Shown: positions 53,176-63,118 of the stretch, piece by piece
Layout of the letters: every line of letters starts with the position of its first letter
Position numbering within the stretch: the stretch's first letter is position 1
Assembly: GCF_026210795.1 (NCBI RefSeq)
Contig: NC_089430.1
Coordinates: 744,001-808,000 of the forward strand
Direction: 5' to 3'
DNA from: Rhizophagus irregularis
Taxonomy: Eukaryota
DNA length: 64,000 nt
The notes under the pieces: model-generated
What the model was told of the DNA's origin: nothing
The model's input: only the letters and a program-made list of their open reading frames with translations
The model's database searches: none
Program-made: the position numbers and the translations under genes

Positions 53176-53627
53176 GACGCTATTAAGGCTGGGAAGTTGC
53201 GTGATCCAGTTTATACTGAAACTGGAAAGCGTAATAATGTGCCATTTGCCAAATTCATAAAGAGTTTAAAAACTAATCAGGACGAAGATGAGATTACCCC
53301 CGAGCTTCTAAGAAAAATAGGAGCTAAACACGCCTCGATGGTTCATACCGGTCCAAATCCAACCCTCAACATCTCGACAATCTTTCAGAAATCGCATTAA
53401 GACATAAAATTAACCGTCTTGATGCAGGAAAAAATTACGCTTTGGGTGATCCAAAATCGAAGAAGGAGCCCAAATCTGAACCAGAGACAGGTGATGGTCC
53501 AAACCCCCAAACACAGGCTTCTTCACCTGCATCTCAGTCTAGAAATAACGATCCAAAAAAGTCTCAGACTATGGATATGGATTCAATGTTAGCAGAAATC
53601 GCAATGTTAGCTGAAATTCGGAAATAG
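53176..53627 (+). pseudogene. C-terminal remnant of a putative tyrosine recombinase / telomere-resolvase-like protein
   Basis: Joining two ORFs across a 1-nt frameshift near 53363 gives ..TPELLRKIGAKHASMVHTGPNPT/QHLDNLSEIALRHKINRLDAGKNYALGD.. The R...LRH-x10-Y spacing resembles the tyrosine-recombinase HxxR / LGH / catalytic Tyr arrangement. N-terminal part absent. Confidence 0.45.
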
Positions 53628-53811
53628 ACGAGCCATACACAGCGCCTTCGGCCAGATTGTGCGATAAATATTCAGTTTATTTTTTTCAGATATATAAAAA
53701 TGTTAAGAAGTGATATAGATGAAATGCCAGGTTGATTAATCAGCCCTCCCTTATTTCTCATATTTGTTCAGAAAAAGAATAGATTAATTGAATCGGACAA
53801 ACTATCTGGTA

Positions 53812-54027
53812 ATGGCTAAAAAATCAAGAAATAACAGGCGCAAGACAATGGGTAAGTTTACTACTAATCCCACACAATATTTGCCCCTATGCAATCCAGC
53901 CAAATATGAGCACACATATGATAGGGCAACCGGCTTTATCACTGTCAAGAATAAAAGACAGGATAGGATTGTAGGCGTGTTCGATTATCCCGAGCTGAGT
54001 GAATATCTGGGAGTTCGATCCAACTAG
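53812..54027 (+). CDS. Small basic hypothetical protein (71 aa)
   Basis: ATG-initiated intronless ORF MAKKSRNNRRKTMGKF.. within the gene-dense island. Confidence 0.45.
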   Translation: MAKKSRNNRRKTMGKFTTNPTQYLPLCNPAKYEHTYDRATGFITVKNKRQDRIVGVFDYPELSEYLGVRSN

Positions 54028-54180
54028 TCCGGAGCAGTGATCACTTCGCTCGAAAGAAGAATTTGCTGGGCCACTCCTGTGCGACAGAAAAATAAGTGGA
54101 TCATCAGTCAGGTCATGTGCAACATAATTTTCGCATATACTGAAAAGAAGCTATGCACGCTAACAGTACTTTATTTTTTA
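54026..54180 (+). repeat. Conserved ~150-bp upstream cassette, copy 1
   Basis: AGTCCGGAGCAGTGATCA..TTTGCTG.GCCAC...TGTGCGACA..AAATAAGTGGATCATCAGTCAGGTC.TGTGC.ACATA..CTAAC.AGTAC; matches 55099-55250. Confidence 0.85.
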
Positions 54181-54211
54181 TTAAGTATAATTGATCTACA
54201 ATATTAGCAAA

Positions 54212-54979
54212 ATGTTTGATGACGCGGATGAGGCCTATAATGAATTTATCAAAGAATATGGGGAAAGGTATGAATGGGGCAATGAAGGAATTCCTAAATT
54301 TACACCAGAGTGGGAAGACTGGGAAGATCTTTTTTGCGAAATCAAAATCTATTGGAAGACAAAGGCAATTAGGCATTGGAGAGAAAAAATACTTAAGAAA
54401 TTTGTATATAGTCTGCCCGGCATAAGAAATCCAGCATCATTATTCCATGTATTCATACAATCCAATGCTTTTTACCTCCCACAAATTTTAAGCCTAATAG
54501 AATTACCGTATAGTGCCGAGGAACTTCGATGGGAAATATGGCCGGATGGTAAAGATACAGATGAGATCAAGGTAGAAAATAATGCAGATGAGGTTGATAA
54601 GTTCCGGTGTGGATCATTGCTTCAAGATGAAGACTCAATAGTGGATTATTACTCGAAGATAAAGAGATGTAACGATGTTATCAAACTCTGTAAAAATCAT
54701 CTTAAAGAAGTATTCATTAAAGGGTTAACGCCAAAAAATAAGCATTTCGCTTTAATGGATTTTGAATATATTTTTCCACCAGATTTACCTCTTGATGTAT
54801 TGGTAATAATGCTTATTCAAGTAGAAAAAGGTACAACGTCTAAACTACTCTTGCAAGCATGCTTAGACTTTATATCACAACAGCAAAGATTTGCTATTTA
54901 TAAGTCCCCAATCGGTACATACAAGATTCTCGACCGGAGGAGGAAAATGGATGATAACCGTAAACCGTCTTACATTTAG
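54212..54979 (+). CDS. Hypothetical protein (~255 aa)
   Basis: Long intronless ORF starting MFDDADEAYNEF.. directly after cassette copy 1; no motif recognised. Confidence 0.65.
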   Translation: MFDDADEAYNEFIKEYGERYEWGNEGIPKFTPEWEDWEDLFCEIKIYWKTKAIRHWREKILKKFVYSLPGIRNPASLFHVFIQSNAFYLPQILSLIELPYSAEELRWEIWPDGKDTDEIKVENNADEVDKFRCGSLLQDEDSIVDYYSKIKRCNDVIKLCKNHLKEVFIKGLTPKNKHFALMDFEYIFPPDLPLDVLVIMLIQVEKGTTSKLLLQACLDFISQQQRFAIYKSPIGTYKILDRRRKMDDNRKPSYI

Positions 54980-55098
54980 GTAAATTTAGGTAATATCAGT
55001 CCTAGTATTGTTAATCGGCTTGGATTTTTTTTCGAGTTTCATCATTTTTCGAAGCATTTTGCGATAATAGTTTTCGTGCCGGATTAACAACACTAATC

Positions 55099-55250
55099 AG
55101 TCCGGAGCAGTGATCATCAGCTCGGAAGATTTTGCTGAGCCACAAATTGTGCGACAAAATAAGTGGATCATCAGTCAGGTCTTGTGCGACATATTAATTT
55201 TTGCATATATATTCGAAAAAGAAAACATACTAACCAGTACCTATATTTTT
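55099..55250 (+). repeat. Conserved ~150-bp upstream cassette, copy 2
   Basis: Diverged direct repeat of 54026-54180. Confidence 0.85.
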
Positions 55251-55708
55251 TTCCCGAACAAATGTGAGAAAATGGCCTGCTTCACAGGCGCTTCGCTTGA
55301 AAGGAGGTCTAGTTGCAACACAGGACCAACTCCAAAAGTAAATACTGACGGCAAAAGCATATGTTATGAAAGGCTGAGGGATACGCAATTTCGAGATCGC
55401 CAGGCGTAAAACCAACTATGTCTTTCCGGTAGATCTACATGTGAAAAGGTATGAGAATTCTATTTGCATGTGCCTTCATAGAACTCTTGGCATCATACGA
55501 CAATGCTAATCACTATTCTTATCTCCTTAACTTCGGCTTGGCGCTCTTTTTCCAGCAAGATATAAAGCATGTAGGAGTATGTGGAAGTTCAGCCAACTTT
55601 CCGCAAAAAAATTTAAGGTGCGTATGTGATAGAAGTTATGTATGGGAGCGAAGTGCGACATAAAAAATACTCACTATAGGCTCTTAAATTTAGGAAATTC
55701 GCTACACA

Positions 55709-56050
55709 ATGACCGATAACAATGATAGGGATGGTATTGATATCACTCTCAATTGTCTTATCGTTCCCATAGGGAACCTCTTCGATCTTCCAAGCAACCA
55801 AGTAGATCAAGCAATTACAATCAACACAGGTCGAACGGTTGGCGGACTTGAAATTGCAATTCGTAACCGGTTAAACCAGTTAGGCCTGTTGGGGGTACAA
55901 TTTTCTAATCTTTCTCTAAGTATTCGTCAGATCCATCCCGGAACAGTTAGCGAAAGACCAATGAACTCTCAAGCCTATATTTCTGTTTTTTTTAATGATC
56001 AATTTCAACCTCGAGCGGGTCACTTCCATGTCACCGTATATTCTCCATAA
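55709..56050 (+). CDS. Stand-alone Crinkler N-terminal (ubiquitin-like) domain-like protein
   Basis: ITLNCLIVP..AITINTGRTVGGLEIAIRNRL..FHVTVYSP parallels ITLFCLV..AFSVKIN..ISELKDAIK..IHVIV of the adjacent CRN. Confidence 0.6.
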   Translation: MTDNNDRDGIDITLNCLIVPIGNLFDLPSNQVDQAITINTGRTVGGLEIAIRNRLNQLGLLGVQFSNLSLSIRQIHPGTVSERPMNSQAYISVFFNDQFQPRAGHFHVTVYSP

Positions 56051-56495
56051 TTTTAGTGTTATGTAGCGCTATAGTCGCAATTTTTATGTATTGTAAGCCG
56101 GCTTCCGGCAACGTTTTTATTTCATAAATAAAGTATTTTTATCGAACGTTATGAGAAACGGGTCACGTCTAATGAAATGGGGTGCGAACCCGATCACTAT
56201 GTAATATCGGACTATAAATCTAACCAATCTAGCCTATATAAAAAAGCGTAGCACTATATCAGGTGATAACTGATAAGTGAGAAGAGTCTTCACAGTTAGG
56301 GAGGCGCAGTGATTAGGCGTTCGTTGCACCATGCAATTGCTGATCATACGGCAGGCTTGTGAAACAGAATAATTTCTCACATATAGTGCTCACTCAGTAT
56401 TTTTTTTCACAAATAAAATTCTTTTTACTCTTGTCCTCATATACCGCACTTTGAGCCAATAACATTTCACAAAAAATACTATATAAGTCGGAAAT

Positions 56496-58210
56496 ATGTC
56501 TATCACTTTATTCTGTCTCGTTAAAGGAAATACAACCGCGAACGCTTTCTCTGTTAAAATAAACAGGGACGAGCCTATTAGTGAACTCAAGGACGCTATT
56601 AAGGCAAAAAAGTCACCAGAGTTCGACAATTTTCCTGCAGACAGGCTCAGGCTATGGAAAAAGGAAATTCCTGACGATCAGGACGATCTCTTAAGCAATC
56701 TCATTCTCAATGACGAACCCGAGCTCCTTGCAACAAGAGAAATTGGAGACTACTGGACTGAGAAACCGCCTAAGAGGCATATCCATGTTATTGTAAAATT
56801 GCCCCGTAAGTGTCTGGAGTGTCTGGTATAGTCTAATTTTTCGTCATTTGCCCTTGTAATATTAACACGCATTCGTTTCCAGTTCTCAGCTTGGAAGAGG
56901 CGTTGTCGTGTATTCCACCACCCATAACATATTCTCCGGACTGCGTTACCTCGAAGACCACTACTAAGGCTGTAGGTGACCCGCCGGCAAGTGTGCAACT
57001 TTGGGGAGACTTTTTCGAGCAAGTGAACAGCTTTCATTTCGACCAACAGCCGATATTCGAGAGGCCGAGATTTAATGATAGATTTGCTGTGGTCGATGAA
57101 GAGGATGTTCGTAATGCCATAAATGTTAATATTTGTATGATATTGAATGATCTTACAGGACCAGACTACGTATATTCAAGGAAATCTACTGACACTCCCG
57201 GCATACCAGATTTCAACTGTCATCTCGTGGGTTCATTGATCTTGGTGATGGAAGCTAAAAGAAAACATGTTTTAGAAGATATGGGGGAACAAACATTTCC
57301 CGAATTTTATCAGACGAGTAAAGGCAAGGATGTAGTTCAACAAATCTATAATTATATGGGAGGAAACGAACTTAGATATGGTATTCTCTCCACCTATGAT
57401 AATCACTGGTTTCTACTCCGAGAGCATACAGAGCTCCGGATCTCAAAAACCCTCCCACTTCAATCTGAAACTCCACCTGTACTCAAGGCATATGCTTATC
57501 TAACTCGACGGGCGAAAGAGAATCCCAAGTCTCCTAAACCTCAAGTACTAGTGCCGGCTCATGGAGACAATAATTCACGTAATCTTCGGTCACATTCGAA
57601 ATCGACTTCCAGCTCCTCAATAGATCAACAATCAACTTCCGGCACTTTTGCAAATCAACAATCGTCTTCTAACATCCCAGTAAACCAGCAAAAGTTTAGC
57701 TTCGCGGACTTCAAGTTTAAGGGCATACTAGGTGAAGGACGAAGTGGTAAAACACTCCTTTGCGAGTTTCGTGGCGATACGATTGCTTTGAAGAGCGTAG
57801 ACTTGTCGAAGGCTCCATCGTATGTTCTGAAAGAAATGCAGAAGGAAGTAGAGATTTACAAGGAACTCGCTGATATCCAAGGCAAGTATATCCCGAAGTT
57901 GGTCTGTTATGGATATTATGGAGGAGGTATGAGCTTCGTTATCGGCATGACTATTGTCGGCACTTCGTTGAGCGACCAAAAAATAAAGAAACAGCAAAAG
58001 ACAAGGGCTATTAAGGGATTAGAAGCGATCCACAAGCATGGCATCCTCCACAATGACATTCGGGAGGAAAACATCTTAATTAACGATGACGGTGGCGTCT
58101 ATCTGATTGACTTCGGTATGGCAAGTCGGGAGGACACAAAAAAGAAGAGAAAGCTTTTCGAGGAGGAACAGCTCAAATACTCTAACTTGCTAGATAGATA
58201 TAATACGTAA
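56496..58210 (+). CDS. Crinkler (CRN) effector-like protein: CRN N-terminal domain, PD-(D/E)xK nuclease-like domain and kinase domain
   Basis: Exon 1 56496-56805 (MSITLFCLVKG..LRLWK..HIHVIV), GT-AG intron 56806-56882, exon 2 in frame. IPDF..LVMEAKR..QQIYNYM..YGILSTY nuclease pattern; kinase motifs GEGRSG, IALK, HNDIREEN, IDFG. Confidence 0.88.
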
Positions 58211-58593
58211 GATTTATTATTTCGCAAATTCCTATTTCTTGCAATCTTGCGAAGCGCCTGCGAAGCGCCTTAATGGCTAACGGCTAATTTCTTATAATTA
58301 ATAATCATGTATTTTACAGACATTTCGTAAAGAAGGAGGGGCGAATTTCCAAGTCACGTAAATGTCAGGTGGTTAGTTAGACTGTAGGGATATACATTAG
58401 ACATTTAGTATAGAAGCGTCATGTATCAGTTGTATCACGGGCTAAGTCCCGATCTTGTATTTATTTTTGCATGTATGTATATTAATAAAAATTTTTCTTG
58501 GCAAATTTCGCTGACCTCGGGTCAGGAAAATCACATGATATTTTTTATTTTGAATGCTTATATACAGTCTATTAGTTTTATATATTATAGATC

Positions 58594-60252
58594 ATGTCAT
58601 CCGAGCTTGAAGTATTGAAACAGCGTATCATAGAACTTGAGGCTGAGAATGCCGAAATACCTGATCTTAGAAGAAAGATCTCAGAGTTCGATGCTGAGAG
58701 AGTTGATCTTAGAAGAAAGCTCTCAGTGTCTGATGCTGAAATAGCTGAACTTAAGCGCAGTAATAACGAGTTTCTAAGAGCGAATAAGGAATATAACGAG
58801 AGGCGTGATGCTGAAAATGCCAAACTCAGGGCCACAATCGAGGAGTTGAAATCTGAGAATATTGAAGTTAGAGATAGACTCACGAAAGTGGAACAGAGGC
58901 AGGTGCTAAATGATAATTCTTCTAATGATAATACCCCTAACATTAACTCATCTAACTTCAATTCGGGTGCGGTCCATCATGAAAAACCGTTAGAGGAGAA
59001 AGAGATGGATAGTTTCTTGCTTGAGGCTCATAAGAAAATCGTTAGTAGTGAAATAAAGCAACGCAATAAGGAAAAGAAACTTAGCAAAGCAGAGCAAGCA
59101 TCTCTTAACCAAGATCAAGAATCTGACACCGGGTGCTCCACTTCTGAAAAGATACTGGAGGTATTCAATCCCGTGACTAAAATTTCAGCCGGGGCCCCCG
59201 GCCAAAATAGCCATAGGAAGAAAGGTGCAGAAAATATCGTACAATTGATAGCTGATGGTATTAAGGATGATGCCCAATCGAGTGATAAAGCCATTCCTTG
59301 CGATGTGATTTCAATTGAGAGTCTCAACCAAAATTCATCTACAGATTCATTGCTTTCTCTAGCACAATTATTCGATAAAGCGGATGATGCTGAATATGGC
59401 GCAATTCGTGCTAATCAGGAAGAGATTTTGCGCTGGTATTATTATGGAAAGGAATTTTTAACTCAGGTTAGTGTGATTGTACAAGATGGAAAAGGCAAAA
59501 TAGGTGAAAAAAAGGCAAAGGGAATAATCTATGATAAAATGTTGGAACACCTATCCATGTTGCGAAAGCAACGATCTGAAGAGACAGGATTGCGCCTCCC
59601 AGAAATCTCCCGTAAAAACTTACAAAGGAAAACTCAGAAAGCTGTAAAGATATATATAATATTTGAAAAGGTAGGCGTAGAGAATATTAAGTATATTACG
59701 ACATATAGTGCGAACTCTATTTCTGAGTTGACTAATGATAAAGTTCAAGATATCATAGATAATTTCTCCGAGCATAATGATAACGATAACGATAACACCG
59801 ATGTGGAAGAAGTACCCATGGGGATTTCAGCCGGGGGCCCCGGCCAAAATTCAGCTGAGGTAAGTGAATTAATCGCACCTATTCCTGTTACACATGGCTC
59901 TAATTCTTTAGGTAATTCATCATTCACGCCACAAATTGCTCCAGCCGAGGCAGAGAATCTTGTCGACTATGATGAGGTATATTATGATGATGATACGTAT
60001 TTTGATGATCCCATGCCTTCGTCAATGGAGAAAGGAATTAATGAAGTTCAGACAGACGATGATAGTAATTGTAGCCACGACAATGATTCCGAAGAAGAGG
60101 TGCCAGATGAATCGGATGATGACGGATATAATAGATATGATGGATACGATGAATGGGGTAATTGTGACAGAGGCTATTATTATCGTGACAGAAGACGTGA
60201 AAGGAAAACCTCTCCAATGATGAGTCCTATTATTTCACCGGTAACTGCCTAG
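58594..60252 (+). CDS. Coiled-coil hypothetical protein with acidic tail (552 aa)
   Basis: Intronless ORF with N-terminal heptad repeats, a central helical block (ANQEEILRWYYYGKEF..LQRKTQKAVKIY..TYSANSISELT) and an Asp-rich C-terminus. Confidence 0.8.
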   Translation: MSSELEVLKQRIIELEAENAEIPDLRRKISEFDAERVDLRRKLSVSDAEIAELKRSNNEFLRANKEYNERRDAENAKLRATIEELKSENIEVRDRLTKVEQRQVLNDNSSNDNTPNINSSNFNSGAVHHEKPLEEKEMDSFLLEAHKKIVSSEIKQRNKEKKLSKAEQASLNQDQESDTGCSTSEKILEVFNPVTKISAGAPGQNSHRKKGAENIVQLIADGIKDDAQSSDKAIPCDVISIESLNQNSSTDSLLSLAQLFDKADDAEYGAIRANQEEILRWYYYGKEFLTQVSVIVQDGKGKIGEKKAKGIIYDKMLEHLSMLRKQRSEETGLRLPEISRKNLQRKTQKAVKIYIIFEKVGVENIKYITTYSANSISELTNDKVQDIIDNFSEHNDNDNDNTDVEEVPMGISAGGPGQNSAEVSELIAPIPVTHGSNSLGNSSFTPQIAPAEAENLVDYDEVYYDDDTYFDDPMPSSMEKGINEVQTDDDSNCSHDNDSEEEVPDESDDDGYNRYDGYDEWGNCDRGYYYRDRRRERKTSPMMSPIISPVTA

Positions 60253-61346
60253 GAGAATTATTGGGCGAATTAATTACTCGCATTGACTGAATTATCGTAT
60301 ATTTCTTTTTTTCCGAATCACGTGGGTGGCTTAGATATCATGTAAACGTCATCCCTATATTCCTCCGCAGTAAGACGTCACCGGCATCCGCAGTCGTAAA
60401 GGCGCTAAGACAGAGGATCTATTAATAACCCCGGCTATAAGAGCAATATTTTTGCGTTACTATACTTATGAACTTTCCCCAATGTTCTGGTATGTTCTAT
60501 CTCACTCATTACGCAGTTCTGAATTACTAATAAAAAAACACATCCCTGATTTACATTTTGCGGATCGTAAGACAGGGCGTCGTTAAAAAGAAATTCAAAA
60601 TGGAAATAGAGTCGATTAGAATCTATGATTTACAGATCCTCGGATAAACGGTAAATTTTTATTATCCTACTGACGTTAGTGCATTCAAATTACGTGTATA
60701 TGCTAATCACATATTAATCCGTTTTTGAATAGGAATTAGTGGTAACATGTGCGGTTCGTCATCTACAGATCTCGAACAAATATTCCGATTTTTTTTGATT
60801 ACAATTGAAATAGGGATAGGTTAATAATACATAACGAACTTCCTATTTGGGAGGGGCTGTGAACTCAAACAAAAATACACCACATGCGATCTTCTGTTTT
60901 GCAAGAGATCTTAGAAGTAAACGGAAAATTTTGAGACACGGTATTGCTCCATTAGTGTTACATTAAGTTGACATAGAACCGTAATTCGTCGGATTTACTT
61001 TTAAGCCGTATTGTTAAATGCGCCTCAAATTCAGGGAGGAACATTTGTTATTATTAGACAGGATCCAGGCCGTTATAATTGCTTTAGCTGAAAAAATATA
61101 ATTATGAAAAATATAGTTATGACAAATACACGTAATTTTTATTAAATCGGGTTAAATTCTCTTTTCACGCGTAGTAAGCATACAGTATAAAATAAACCTT
61201 TCTCCCAGCGCATTTACGCAAGATAACTATTGCTATTAAAAAAATCAAGCGATATTATCTAAAAAACTTGATCCACCAATAAAATCTCAATAAAATTACT
61301 ACGCCTAATCATGTAAAGTTTGTCATTGCTCAACTCTTCGGAAGCC

Positions 61347-62219
61347 ATGTCATTTTTGGCCTTAACCGTCATTTTTTTGTTCATTAGTCCAGCGATATTC
61401 GTAGGAATCGTCACCATGTATGGAAATCTAAAACAAAAGATCTCTAATGAACTTTCCGCACATGTCATCAAAATTCTCATCGATCTTGGTATACTAAATA
61501 ATATACCGGGAAAGAGGTCACTTCATGACCAGATCTCTACTGAACTTAATGATAAATTTGACACATGTATTTCCGATATTAATTCTATTTTCACTGAGAA
61601 GCTCGACAGAATCAATAATGATCTTAATAATAAACTTACCGCGGAAAACAAGGCACGTGATGATGACTTCACTAAGGAGACACAGAAAATCTTTTCAATG
61701 ATCAGTACTGTTACTGAAAGGCTTGATAGGATCGAAGAAGCCTGTCATAATGATTTTGGAAACATTTCGTCCGAATTTACATCAATCAAAGCTTCTATTG
61801 AAATTCTTCAAAATGATTTGGCCCAACGTTATGCGGTTGTCCAAAGAGCCAATTTCGATCAACAAAGCGTGTTCAATGAATCTGAAACTAATGAATCTGA
61901 ATTGGGAAGTTCGCTAAACTCTGCCTCAGCTTCAACTAGTTCAAGCTCTTCATCTGAAGGTTCCAATTTATCTGGAATTTTTGATATTACTGGAGATATT
62001 AGAATCCGCTTTAAACAACACTTTGATCGACTTATGAAGGCGAGGAATTATACTTCTGATGAGATGTTTATCTCGGTAGCGGTAGATATTCGTGGTCTTG
62101 GAGGGAATATTAAAATCTCAACAGTGAAAAATTTTTATAGTGGTGTTGGTCGTAGTACAGTTAGTACTGTTAATCAGATAAACGCATGGGTAGCTAGTTT
62201 TAATAATAATGCGGAGTAG
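61347..62219 (+). CDS. Hypothetical protein: N-terminal hydrophobic helix, coiled coil, Ser-rich linker and possible C-terminal HTH
   Basis: MSFLALTVIFLFISPAIFVGIVTMY hydrophobic stretch; the C-terminus ..KISTVKNFYSGVGRSTVSTVNQINAWV resembles an Xre/Cro-type HTH ending. Confidence 0.7.
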   Translation: MSFLALTVIFLFISPAIFVGIVTMYGNLKQKISNELSAHVIKILIDLGILNNIPGKRSLHDQISTELNDKFDTCISDINSIFTEKLDRINNDLNNKLTAENKARDDDFTKETQKIFSMISTVTERLDRIEEACHNDFGNISSEFTSIKASIEILQNDLAQRYAVVQRANFDQQSVFNESETNESELGSSLNSASASTSSSSSSEGSNLSGIFDITGDIRIRFKQHFDRLMKARNYTSDEMFISVAVDIRGLGGNIKISTVKNFYSGVGRSTVSTVNQINAWVASFNNNAE

Positions 62220-63118
62220 CGGGGAAGGAACTGCCAATATATGGGTTAGGGCCTGGCAGGCATTTATGCTTTATTTCTCCCTTGAAACAACCTGCTACTC
62301 TATTGTTTTTTTATTTTCATTTTTTACTTAGCCGGCCGGCCCTTTCTCATGTATTACTTTGCAATAAAGAATGTTTTGAATGATTTTTAAAATCTTGCAG
62401 TTAGTTATATTGGTAGAAACAAATTAGTTATAGATACTTTTCGTAAATGTAAGAGAGCAAAGAAATAACTTGATGCTGGGACTCGCACTAAATGGCCTAT
62501 GATCCGCGTACTCCCTCCCTCTTTGATAGCATCATACATTTCGCTTACTACCTCCACTTTTTTATAAAGGAATCGAAAAATAAATCATTGTTTATGTAGT
62601 TCTTTCATATGTAAATATGTATATCTTTGAACTCCGAAATATAACATCAGTAAAATCAAATGATGCATAAAAAAAGTATACAAAATCAATTAATCAAATG
62701 ATGTCATCCTCATAAGATATATAATAATTAGTATTCAAAAAAAATGTTTCTTAAACTTCTTTCTTAAAATTTTAATCAATGTCTTCTTCTTTCATTGATA
62801 AAGAAAGTTTTACCGATATCATATCTATCCTTCTCGTGATTTTTATCGCGTTCGTGGTCTGTGTGATTATTAAGATATCTGAATTTACTATTTGGATTAT
62901 TACTTATCTAAGGCTTTCTTTTTGTCGCTTTTAGTTCTTTCCTATTACTTTCGTTCTTCTTTTGATCGCTATTACGTCATACATTGGATATAATATTAGT
63001 AAGGGGATTACTTATATCTTCAACAGAAGTAAGTCATTGGCTTGTTCACTTGTGTAACGTAAAGTCGTTAAAAACGGATTTCTCGTATTAAAAAATTTCA
63101 TACTCTATTCCAATAACC

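Noticed and set aside
55110..55663. Short ORFs after cassette copy 2
   Set aside because: No consistent frame or motif; possibly a decayed gene but not callable.
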